Assembly: GCA_951406725.2 (NCBI GenBank)
Contig: OX597826.1
Location: forward strand, 44,640,001-44,704,000
Origin: Octopus vulgaris
Taxonomy: Eukaryota
Length of the DNA stretch: 64,000 nt
Direction: 5' to 3'
The position numbers were made by a program, and so were the translations under genes. Of this stretch, positions 1 through 11,482 are shown piece by piece. The notes under the pieces were generated by a model. It did no database searches and was not told the DNA's origin. It saw nothing but the letters and a program-made list of their open reading frames with translations. The first letter of the stretch is position 1, and every line of letters begins with the position of its first letter.

Positions 1-1327
1 CACCAAAAAATGCAGAGTAAAAAAACAGTGAAGATTCCTTCCAGCATCCAAACCTTTAATAGGATCCGAATTTGATGATATCCTTCAGTTCCTTTCGAAT
101 ATCATAAGTATTATTTCTTACAAACTCCAAACTATTGAAGCTTTCTTTATTTATAGAAACGAATCGATGCTTTTGAGCAATGCTATAGTGTCTAGATTCC
201 ACCAATAGGAACCGCATTTATTCTGCTAACAACTATCTTAAGATGCTAACTTCCAGCAATTTAATGATGACGGAAACAGTCATTATAACAATGAATCCCA
301 TCATCCTTTGATGTCCTTGCTCCTAACAGGCTCATACAATACAGCTTCTACCACTGAACACTTTGCTTAAACGAATGTAACAAAAAATGTTAGAATTAAT
401 GTCAGAAAATTTAGATTTTGGAATAGAAAAAAACAACATTTAGCTATATTACTCCTAAAGGATTTATCTTTCTCTAATACCTTGCTGTGGAATCATTCTT
501 CGGCGATCTTACTCAATAATGCATTAATGGTGATCAAAATTATATCTTTACTCTAAACAAATCTCTTAAATAAGCGAGTAAACTGTTAACACTTCTAACA
601 TAGATAAACCCTTACATTGTATGTCAATCTTTATTTGTCCTTAACCTTACGCAAAAATCGTAATCCATATGCAATCTAGATGTCCCAATGACCGCATAGA
701 AACAGTTTAGATATAAATAAGAGAAGAAAAGTTCTTGGAGTGTCCGTGCCATGGAAGAATATGGAGAGATATCAGTGAAGCCTGATAAATCTTTCGCTAC
801 AGGAAAATGTTCGGTCTGTTTTACGCATCACACATGCGTGGCGAGTTTGGGAGCTAAGAGTTGTTGAATGCATTGAAATCACCGAAATTAATAGCTTCAA
901 AGACCGGTCAATTGAGAGGGAAACTAGCAATGCAGTATGAGAGATAATCTTTCAACAGTTAACTGTTGGACGACCTCCAAGAACAGTAGAAATATAAAAC
1001 TGCGGCTGATGAGGTTTCATACAGTTACAGCCTTTCCATTATAGTTGTGTTGTTTCACTGAGGAAGTTGTTTGTGAGGAAGTTACCTGCCCAATCTCGAA
1101 TAAGAGGTTATATCTTCTTTTGCATTCTTTGCAGTGCGTTGTTTACTGAAGAGGATTAGGGGATGAGGCAAAAGCGACAATCCCCAAAGGAATTCAAGGT
1201 GCCTGCGTGTGTTCTAATTATGCTTATGCATCGATCTGATTTACTTATTAAATCTATGTGTGTTGTGACATGTTGAACGTATTTCTTTGTATGATTTTAG
1301 CTAAACGTAAGTGCATGTGTATTTGAA

Positions 1328-1369
<42 letters not shown>

Positions 1370-1399
1370 TTTGTGTATGCATGTTTGTGTTTGTGTGTT

Positions 1400-2900
1400 T
1401 ATATATGTATATGTGTGTGCGGGTTTATGGTGTGGAGTCTTATACTTGATTGTGTGTACATGTCTCTAGAGATGTTATTCAGATTGGAAATTGTGGATTT
1501 AGTAGGATTTCAGATTATTAAGGATTACAGTTAGGACAGGAACCTGTTGATCTAATGTAGAGGATATAAGAAGAACTGGATGTAATATTCAATATGTTGC
1601 TCTGTATCTTTTGTTATGTGAAATGTTCATATCCCTTCGCTCGTCTTCTAGTTTGCTCTGATGTATCTCGGGATGGTTAACGCAATATATTTCATCAATA
1701 TTTAGCACAATAGATAGCGAATTTAAGGATATTTGGTAATTGTTTCTAGCATGTAGATCGGTTATGAAAGAAACCTTTGTTGAATAGTCAGTAAAATTGC
1801 TCCAGGTTATTGATGGATGTCGTCAAGGGGTTTAGTTTCCTAAACGGAGTAAGGATGTGAACGGTAAGCAAGCGATTCTCTACATATTTTACTCGAGGGC
1901 TTCAAAGCAACGAAAGTAGTAAGTGGTGTTTTTGTGTGTGCGTGCGTGTGTGTGTGTGTGTGTGTATGTGTGTGTGTGTGTTGGTGTTCTTCCGTATGTA
2001 TCGTCTTAAGGCAGAAAAGTCAAACAAGTATAGGCATCTTCCTAGGGATTTGTTTTAGCAACGAAGAAAGATGGCGTTACGAAACGATATCCAATACAGA
2101 GGCATAGATGAAGAGAACATGATACACGGAATATTATAAATAATTTCTGGTTCACACGGAAGGAAAGCATTGCAGTTAGGGTAAACATGACATAAAGAGC
2201 TTACAGAGCGCTGGCAAAACTCGTAGATGTACTACATTTCTGGCCCATTTCCAGCCAGTTACATGGATTTCTTTTGTTCGTGATCTACAGTTATGTCTAT
2301 GTACATATCGTAGCAGACGTTTGAGTAACACTTTAATGTAAATTACTGTTGTGCACTACTTTAGGAAGGTTTGTCACAATTCGACCGCAGATATTCTCTG
2401 TATCTAAAAAGAAACGCTATCATTTTGATGTACTCAGGCTATCTTCACACAGTTTTTATTGTGAATCGTTGTGGTGTCAGTTTATCAGATATCTTAAGTT
2501 ATAACTTTCCTAGACTACTGTGTATTGTTTGTGTGTAGGGAGGTGTAGTGTTTTAATTATATTTTCATGGCACGTATATTGATTGTAAGCTTGTGATATT
2601 GAATGAGATTAGGTATGTTTCATTGGAGGATATTTTCAAGGTCACTGATCATAACAGAAATAGTTTATATGTTTATATCTGGTCTGAGATGTCTGGCTGT
2701 GGGCGAATGACGCCTGCTTTAGAAATGCTATGAAATTGTGAACATTGGTGCCATGTTAACGGGAGAGTGGGTGTAAATAACAGCAAGTAGGTCGTTACTG
2801 TATACTAGATTGAATTAAAAATCAGTATGAAGACTTTTGTATTTAATAGTGCGTTGTGCATTTTAATCCCGTGAGCAAACCATCTCAATCCGATATATTC
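1400..2900 (-). mobile_element. Highly decayed Penelope-like element (RT + GIY-YIG remnants)
   Basis: Minus strand 2624-2586 reads NETYLISFNITSL, resembling the PLE RT motif LVSFDVxSL. Downstream, ~1700-1645 gives IYCVN..YI.-QTRRR with frameshifts, resembling GIY-YIG. Domain order fits a PLE. Boundaries are approximate. Confidence 0.45.
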
Positions 2901-3029
2901 TCCACGGCAACTATCACAGCAGAGCAAGTTATAAATATCTTTACTGGTTTTCATATCTAATAACTGCGTGAATTTTGGTCTTTTACCTGAAAAATCACAT
3001 CTACATTACTTTTAGGATTAAATACTTTG

Positions 3030-3428
3030 TTTTCTTTACCATCCATTTACATGTTAAAAGTTATAAGGCGGCCATGCTGGGGCACCAGAGTGAAGAATTT
3101 TTAACAGAATTGATTGACCCCAGTGTTTTTTTAAGTCTGATACTTATTCTATCCATTAAATTATGGGGACCTAAACACCATGGCTGGTTATCAGGCAACA
3201 GTGGGGTACACAAAGACACACACACAAACACACACACACACACACATATCCCGTCAGATATAAATAAATGTATGTGTGTGTGTGTGCGTGTGTGTACGAA
3301 GGGTTTCTTTCAGATTTAGTCTAGCAAATCCAGTCACTAAGCTTTGGTTGGCCCGACGCTATAGTAGAAGAAGACGCTTGCCCATGGTGCAACACAGTGG
3401 GACTGAACCCACATCCACGCCTGCGCCA
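3030..3428 (-). mobile_element. tRNA-derived SINE, family A (CORE-like, internal microsatellite)
   Basis: Reverse complement matches the copy at 48998-49419: GGCGCAGG head, GGGCAAG..TCTTC core, internal (CA)n, and GGTGC.CCAGCATGGCCGC tail. Confidence 0.8.
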
Positions 3429-3857
3429 ACATGTATGGCACTCAGATGAATCTCTTAAATATTTCAAGGATAGAAAGCAACAGATTGGCAGAATGGTTGG
3501 AGCGTCTGACAATATGCCTTGTGGTGTGTCATTTGTTCCAGGTCTTTACACATTGAATGCAATAACCCACAGATGTCAATTTACGCTGAGGACATAATAA
3601 GATATAGTAGTGTTTATGTACTGCGGTTCATTCAATAATGATTCTTTATGTGTGCCAGCACGGATTGAACTACTAAGGTTCAATAGACTCCAAGTTCAAG
3701 TATGGGGCTACGATGAAAAGTTAAGTGCAAACACACGTTACACTACACTGTCGGTGCACCAATGTGTTATCTTTGTGTACATTTCATATTTCTTGCAACC
3801 CATACAAATTCACACTCAAATACGCAATCCTACCGTTGACTCATATATACGCGTACG

Positions 3858-3969
<112 letters not shown>

Positions 3970-5050
3970 CTCTCGCTCCCTCCGTTCTCTGTCTCTGCCT
4001 GGCTATCTGCCTGTTTCTCTGTCTGCCTGTCTGTCTGTCAGTTTCTAGGAGCGATAACGCATACGAAAAAGACCATTCTATTGACTAAAAATTTACTGCC
4101 AGTCAGCGGAATTAACTGTATTAATAGTTGCTGATTTAGCCCACTCCTTGCCATTCTTTAGCATAAATAACTATGTATATAGATAAGATGTACGCACTTA
4201 GCTTAATATTGATACTAGATTCTTATACGAGAGTCTTATATGCAATCCATTAATGGATCGTACTTTCACTATCAACAGTAAAGCCGCCGGGTTTCATGCT
4301 ATAAATGTTAAATGGAAAATGGAAGCATGTTCTGAGATATTGGTTCAAGAAGACAGATATTTCAAGTTATATTTAGATCTAGTTTCATTATAATTCTAAG
4401 CCGTATCCTTTAAGCCATGTTATTCAGTGAAATATCGAATAGACAAAATATGTAAAAATACAATCTGTTATTTCTTCATTTTCTTGTCTGCTCCTATCTG
4501 TCTTTTTCTACGAATCGATACGTCTGTCTAATTTTGTATATCTCTTTCTCTCTTTCTATCTCACCCCCTCTCAGTTATTCTTCTGTTAGATTTACCCCCA
4601 ACATGTTAGGACAAAAATATCGCATATGTTCTACATATGAACAGCTTTTGACACCAGAAATATTTCGCACAAATATTTAGCCACTATTTTATTATTGTTT
4701 ACTCATGGGCTACATCTCAAAGTATTTATCTTTGCATGTATGTATACATATACTTACATAGAGACATAAAGATATATATTATATGTGTATACATACATTA
4801 ATACATACACACGTATACACACGCGCACACAGACATACACACACACACACATACACACACATAACGGAATATGTTTTAGCTGTCACTGAATTGAAAAATA
4901 AAACTAGGCGGAAAATTCTGAAATATACATACATAGGCATACATAAATACACACACACTCACACATCTATATATGTATCACGTCCTCACGTTGTTGTGTT
5001 TTCTCTTTGTGTTTTCATGCTCGGATTAACTATATATTCGTGTATGTGTG

Positions 5051-5141
<91 letters not shown>

Positions 5142-5244
5142 ATATATATACATACATACATATATATATGTCCAGGTATCGTAATATGGGTAAGAAACTT
5201 CCTTTGTAATCACGAGGCTTAGATTCCATTTCCATTGTACGGCA

Positions 5245-5282
<38 letters not shown>

Positions 5283-5690
5283 TGTCTTCTATTTCTTAAT
5301 TCCTATAAATCTTCCACTGAGAAAGGAGCCGGTTTCCAACAAAGATACAACAAAGATACGTCTTTGGGATTTTGTTAAGACAGACATATTCACATGTGGA
5401 ACTTGAGAAAAGTCTGGCATATTTTACTGTTCGACTCACAGAGTGGACTTGTATGAATCAGCCAGTCAATTTCTTCTTCTGAAAGTTCCAGTTGATCCAG
5501 ATACTCCCTTAATCATTTTCTAACAAAACTATTATTGGTATGAATATGGATTCATTCTCTGGATATAGAATCTGGATCTTTCAAAGCGGCTATTCATAGA
5601 TATCCTCTTTTTCTTTGATTTTCAATGAGATATCTATATCTACAGGGCAGCTAACCTCTATGATGGTACATACTTTTGCCTCTTCTGTCT

Positions 5691-6005
5691 TCAAACAACA
5701 ATATCCGGCGTGTTATGCTTACATTTGACAGACGTTTTGATGGGAATATTCCACCAGTGTTCATTCAGTTGGTGTTTATGAATATATTCCATAACAGAGG
5801 GATTTCCTAAGTTTACTTCGGGACAGTCTTTCTTGCGGATGGCATTGTAAATTGTTTTAGCAACAACATCGTACCGCATAGGGAGGTAGTACCGTGACAA
5901 AGTCTTACGACAGCTGCTAATCACATGCGTAATATCTTCCACAGAAACATGACATATGTGATTGCACCTAGGGATTACATGATCGTCACTGTCTCTCTTG
6001 TTCAC
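5691..6005 (-). pseudogene. CCHC zinc knuckle and restriction-like endonuclease fragment of the R4/Dong LINE
   Basis: CxxC..H..C motif, an RHD-like RYD, and the PD motif (TPDIVV) typical of RLE-bearing clades. Confidence 0.85.
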
Positions 6006-6513
6006 CGGGTACTCTGTGGCAATCTCCTGTTATGGATTACAAACGCATAGCCTTCAAAGTGTGATGTGATGTAGTGGTCTAGTGTCCAAGAGAGGCTACA
6101 CTTCATGTCAATTCTACTGTCTTCTTCAAGCTTCCAGGCAACATACCCATGCATGCTCTCTTTTTTTTATGCTGAGTGTTTTCCATCCAGGTCTTCTCTG
6201 AGGTAAGAAAGCTCAGCTGTTTTGGGGCTGTACAGGAGATCATCAGGATGAGATTTTTTCTTGAGTAATTCACTGCCAACTCGTACAATGTTGCTCACTT
6301 CACTTTTCAGGACTGCATTAATATATTTTTTTTTGCTGCTGTTCTTTAGCAGGTGCTGCCAGAGTGATACCATACGGCATTTCAAGGCCGTCTGCACTGA
6401 TCTCAGGCTTCTACCACATTCACTTCTTCTTAGGTAGAGCCTGTCAAAACTCACTGCTTTGTGGAAGTTCCCAGTTGCTGTCAGGATTTTGTGGGTTTTT
6501 ATATCTATGGAGT

Positions 6514-6608
<95 letters not shown>

Positions 6609-7022
6609 ATATACATATATATATGTCCAGGTATCGTAATATGGCTAAGAAACTTCCTTTGTAATCACGAGGCTTAGATTCCATTTCCAGACCAATCAAG
6701 TATCCCAAATGTGGGATCAGCACTGGTACTGCAAATGCATTGTGGGATATTATTTTGTTGTGAGAGGGGAGTTCCGACTGCCATATTTTCCTAAGTTTGG
6801 TGTAATATTCTCGGATCACACTATCTTTATTCACAGTGCCATCATATGATACATTTTCGCATATGCCTAGGTACTTGTAACATTCTTTTTCTGGAATAGG
6901 GGAGATAGAACGACCGTTTATGCACAGGTTTTGGGTTTCGGAGACTGACTTTCCTCGTTCTATAATCAAATAGGAACATTTATTTTAGACAAATTCCATG
7001 CCTATATCAGCTGAAAATATTC

Positions 7023-7658
7023 TTAATTCCAATTGTTTTTGACATTGTTAATATTTTTGTCGTCTACAAAACAATTATGAGTTACATTGATATTTCTGGC
7101 AGTTGAAGATCCTAGCATGTAACCATTTGTTTTCTGCAGTAGGAATGATAATGAATTCAGTGCCAAAATGAAAAGAAATACAGGAAGTCTATCTCCCTGG
7201 AATATTCCCTTTGTAATACCTATACTATTAGTGACAATTATTCTGTTCTCAGTTGTAAGGCTAAGAATAGTTGTCCATGTCTTTGTGAGTCTCTCTATAG
7301 CAACAATTAAGGTAGTATGTACTTTTTCCAGATGTAGGCACTTTAACAGGCATAAATGAGGCATAGAGTCGAATGCCTTCTTATAGTCAAGCCATACTGT
7401 CATAAGGTTTCTGCGTTGTTTTCTTACTTCAGACAGTACAACTTTGTTTATTAAAAGTTGTTCGGCACCTCCCCACACTCCCTTCTTTCCACCAGCCACT
7501 TCAATGTTGTTCGACTCAAAATGGTCCTCGAGGAATTGGTTGAGGCAACTTGTGTACAGTTTGTGCATAATGTTTGGGCACGCAATGGGCCTGTAGTTTC
7601 CTGCCATCTCGGTGATTTCATTTTTGGCAAGAATGTGACCTTCATTTTGAACGTACAT
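7023..7658 (-). pseudogene. Reverse transcriptase domain fragment of the R4/Dong LINE
   Basis: 211-aa ORF carrying non-LTR RT motifs (YRPI, DYKKAFDS, QGD, FVDD). Confidence 0.9.
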
Positions 7659-8720
7659 ATCAATCGGTTTTTATAAAATGTCAGCTTCTGGTACCAAAAT
7701 CAAACTATTAGCTCCCTTCCAGGTGCCTTCCCATTCTGCAGCTTGCCTACTGCTATGAGGAAGGTTTCTGCATCAATTTTGTTATGTTTCACTTTTAGTG
7801 TTGCTACAGTATTCTCTCTCAATTGTATTTAACCATTATGCATTCAGGTTGAAAATAACTTTGCATTCCAAATTTTTGACGAGAATGATTGTAGATCTTC
7901 TTGGGAGGGAGATTTCTTAATGCTTATGTTTACCTTCCTCATCTCTCTGTATAATGCTTGTGGATTGCAGGCAAACTTGCGATTAATACCGGCTCGCTCA
8001 AAAATTCGGATTTTCTCGCTCATCGTCTTGAGTTCATGTTTTAAAGTGATTAAATTTTCCTCAAGAGCTCGGTGGGAAGACTTGTCATACAGTTTCATTA
8101 ATCTTTGTTTACGGTACATTTTACTGTTGTAGTTAAGCATCCAAAATGGCGACGCACGTTATTGATGTTTTCTTCAAATTGTGTTTTCCATCTAGTTTGT
8201 TTCCGTTTAGTAATTTCGTTACTTTGTTCACTATAGATTCCTCCTAGGTGTTCTTTAGGAATAATAGTGGCTGTGTATATAAGAGTATTAATATTGCAGT
8301 ATTATAAGAGCATTAATGATTTCATGTGCTATCCAGCAACATCGTTGATAACTTTAAACATTAGATCGGTCGGATTTCTTCTCACTCGTGTTGGGGATAA
8401 TCTGTTGCTCAACGAAAGCTTCGAGAGATTAGCAAAATGTTTTATGCGAATTGCAATTTTAAAATGTTTTTGAGTTGGATGTATTCCGCACTCTTCACTA
8501 CTGAATCAACTAAATTTGGAGACACACTCGAATTTAGCGATGGGGGATCGGTGGTTTGTTTACATTATATTTTACGACGATTTGGGCAGATTTTGACCCG
8601 ATTTCATTATTTTAGGGATATCGAGGACTAGCTGATTTTGTTTTTAGCAAAAGATGCTTGTTGACGGTGCTGTTTCGCCGTGAAGTTGCGATGAGCTTCG
8701 TTCAATTATTGCTTTAACTG

Positions 8721-8760
<40 letters not shown>

Positions 8761-8763
<3 letters not shown>

Positions 8764-8954
8764 GGTAAATGCACGCATTTTTCTCTCTCCTTATTTCTTT
8801 CCGTGTTTCTTTTCTGTGTATCTTTCTGTTGGAGAGCGTAGGCTCGAAACGTAAAAGACTTGTTTTATTTATATTCCTGAGCGCCATACTAATACAATTG
8901 TTTGTTTGTATTCCATCTGCCTTCGTCTTTTGTTTATTTTCATAAAGCTTCCCG

Positions 8955-8956
<2 letters not shown>
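8761..8956 (+). mobile_element. Short Penelope-type terminal-repeat fragment with a hammerhead-like motif, embedded in (TA)n
   Basis: Near-identical reverse-complement copy at 62951-63135. Contains TCTTT-CTGTTGGA-GAGC GTAG GCTC-GAAACGTA-AAAGA. Confidence 0.65.
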
Positions 8957-8990
<34 letters not shown>

Positions 8991-8998
<8 letters not shown>

Positions 8999-9172
8999 TG
9001 AATTCGAGATAAAACCACTATTAGGCAACTCAAACAGTGATAGACATAAACCAACTGTTTGAGTTGCCTAATAATAGTTTTATCTCTAATTTAATTTATA
9101 TTTATACTGTGAAATTTGATTTAATCCTAAATCTAATTTTTCCCTGTAAGTTTGGATATACTCCCTAATATT
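8991..9172 (-). mobile_element. Fold-back element (arms ~8991-9038 and 9054-9101) of the same family as 10530-10951
   Basis: The inverted arms GAGATAAAACCACTATTAGGCAACTCAAACAGT are seen directly. The tail TCCAAACTTACAGGGAAAAAT is shared with ~10550-10570 in the opposite orientation. Confidence 0.8.
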
Positions 9173-9219
9173 ATATATATATATATGTGTGTGTATATAT
9201 ACATATATGTATATATATG

Positions 9220-9271
<52 letters not shown>

Positions 9272-10009
9272 TACACACGAACATACATAAGTATGTATGT
9301 AAGTATGTATGTAAGTATGTAGGAGGTAGGTATGTAGGTAGGTAAGTAAGTAAGTAGGTAGGTAGGTATGTAGGTAGGTATGTAGGTATGTGCACAGATA
9401 CATATGCATGCAAATATAAAATAACAACAATTCCTGGTGGAATTAAATGTGTTTTGCAACTGAGAACCTGCAGTAATAATCTATTTTAAATGATGAAGAT
9501 TAAGTGGAGAGTAAACTAAATACACGATAGTGAAACATCATACTCGAGAAAAGGCAGTACGTGGGCTCTATCATTGGCAATGATAGAGAGCGCACGTTGT
9601 TGTTGGTCTGTTAATTTACAGATGAAAATACAAGATAAAATTATGACATCATTCAAGAAAAGAGACAGATTTAATTCGATGGTGATGATGAGGAATCAGC
9701 CTCTAATGTGCAACCTATAATTACGGACTGCAATGATGAAGAGGATGCGTACGACGGTATCATTTACCTTAACGATTATCAAGGTTTATTCAGTGCTGGA
9801 GAATAGGAACGGTGTTATTTTACAGAATTTTTAGTGAAAATTTCCATATCAAATATTTGAGATTTAACATGTAATTTTAATTTAAAGCCATATTAAATTT
9901 CTACTTCGGTTGCGTATCATTAGACGGAGCTTAAATATTCACTTTCAGTCGTTATCTTATTTATGATTTTTCGTTTTAATATTTATAGCCGTAAATTATT
10001 TGCTCCGAA

Positions 10010-10190
10010 CAAAATGCTTAGCGGCAAGTCGTCTGTCTTTAAGTTCTCAGTTCAAATTCCATCAATGCCGACTTTGTCTTTCGTCCTTCTTGGGGTCGAT
10101 AAAATAAGTACAAGTTTAGAACTGAGTTGATATGATTAATCTAGCCCCTCCTCAAAATTGCTGGCCTTTTTTCAAAATCTGAAATCAATA
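10010..10190 (+). mobile_element. Degenerate SINE family B (Meta/MESC-like domain)
   Basis: GTTCAAATTCC B-box and GACTTTGTCTTTCGTCCTTCTTGGGGTCGATAAAATAAGTAC core. Confidence 0.7.
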
Positions 10191-10477
10191 TTCATAGTTT
10201 AAACTTATTTAGATAACGTAATAATAATCTAAACTCAAGTTGTCTCCGTTAACATTGGTTTGACTTTTGATATATATGTTAATATTTTCTTTTCTTTTCT
10301 TTACATAGAGCTTCTTGATAACTTCTTTTTTTTAAACCCTGACCCCCACTCCTACTGCATGATCCAGAAAAACGAATTCAGGCTATGTGTATGTGTATCA
10401 TTTACATACATATACACACACATCATGTATATATACATATATATATGAGCATACATACATACATACATACATACATG

Positions 10478-10529
<52 letters not shown>

Positions 10530-10532
<3 letters not shown>

Positions 10533-10945
10533 AAATATTAGGGAATAAATCCAAACTTACAGGGAAAAATCAGATTTAGGATTGAATCCAATTTTATAGT
10601 AAAATATTATGTTATATTAAATTAGAGATAAAACCAGTATTAGGCAAATCAAACAATGAAAAACTTAAGCCAATACATAAAATTAATTAATTTATATTAT
10701 TTTAAATATATATCAAAAGTATTAAAAGTTTAATAAAATATATTGAGTAAAACACTACGATCGTTTCATGGCTGTCCAATTCGAGTTATGGTTACAGTCA
10801 ATCTTCAGGTAATTGAAATATTTATCTTAGCGAGGTTTAGCAATGATATATATTTAAAATAATATAAATTAATTAATTTTATGTATTGGCTTAAGTTTTT
10901 CATTGTTTGATTTGCCTAATAGTGGATTTATCTCTAATTTAATAT

Positions 10946-10951
<6 letters not shown>
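10530..10951. mobile_element. Asymmetric fold-back element (108-bp inverted arms) with a hammerhead motif in the spacer; probable Penelope inverted pLTR
   Basis: Arms 10608-10715 and 10844-10951 are reverse complements with ~2 mismatches. Flanked by (TA)n on both sides. Confidence 0.8.
10753..10815 (-). ncRNA. Candidate minimal type-I hammerhead ribozyme
   Basis: Minus strand: ATTAC-CTGAAGA-[TTGACTGT..ACAGCCAT]-GAAA-CGA-TC|GTAGT. Stem I is ATTAC/GTAGT, both core boxes are canonical, and stem II is imperfect. Confidence 0.55.
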
Positions 10952-11008
<57 letters not shown>

Positions 11009-11028
11009 TAACAGTTATAATGATTACC

Positions 11029-11265
11029 TATGTCTTTATTATCCACAAGGGGCTAAACATAGAGGGGACAAACAAGGACAGACATAGGTATTAAGTCGAT
11101 TACATCGACCCCAGTGCGTAACTGGTACTTAATTTATCGACCTCGAAATGATGAAAGGTAAAGTCGACCTCGGCGGAATTTGAACTCACAACGTAACGGC
11201 AGACGAAATACCGCTAAGCATTTCGCCCGGCGTGTTAACGTTTCTGCCAGCTCGCCGCCTTACTT
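11029..11265 (-). mobile_element. SINE family B (tRNA head + Meta/MESC-like domain), young copy with 14-bp TSD
   Basis: GGCGGCGAGCTGGCAGAAACG head and GTTCAAATTCC B-box. TSD TTATAATGATTACC at 11015-11028 and 11266-11279. Confidence 0.9.
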
Positions 11266-11413
11266 TTATAATGATTACCGATGAGTAACATGCCAAGGAA
11301 AAGACATATATCCATTTACTAAACACTATCCTGGAGTTCTTTCTTACGGTCGTTTATTATGACTATACAATTGGCATTTTGTCAGTATATATGTCCATCC
11401 GTCTATTTATCTG

Positions 11414-11482
<69 letters not shown>

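Larger units (their letters stand above)
5285..8722 (-). mobile_element. Decayed R4/Dong-clade non-LTR retrotransposon (RT + CCHC + restriction-like endonuclease)
   Basis: Colinear minus-strand ORF pieces: N-terminal region (8140-7844); RT with GNYRPIAC, WLDYKKAFDS, GIFQGD and HNCFVDD (7658-7023); YKYLG and [14 protein letters not shown]; then CHIC..EDITHVISSC..MRYD..HNTPDIVV (6005-5691). Many stops and frameshifts. The 3' end runs into (CATA)n. Confidence 0.9.

Noticed and set aside
63-74. GATCCGAATTTG resembling part of mature miR-10
   Set aside because: Only 12 nt match, the seed is absent, and there is no complementary star arm nearby.
1-920. Very old RTE-like (1-340, minus) and CR1-like 3' end (800-910, plus) remnants
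   Set aside because: Motif resemblance needs several assumed frameshifts and is too weak to call.
1000-1200. CTGATGA (1006) and CTGAAGA (1146) possible hammerhead boxes
   Set aside because: No correctly placed GAAA box or convincing stem I; at best heavily decayed.
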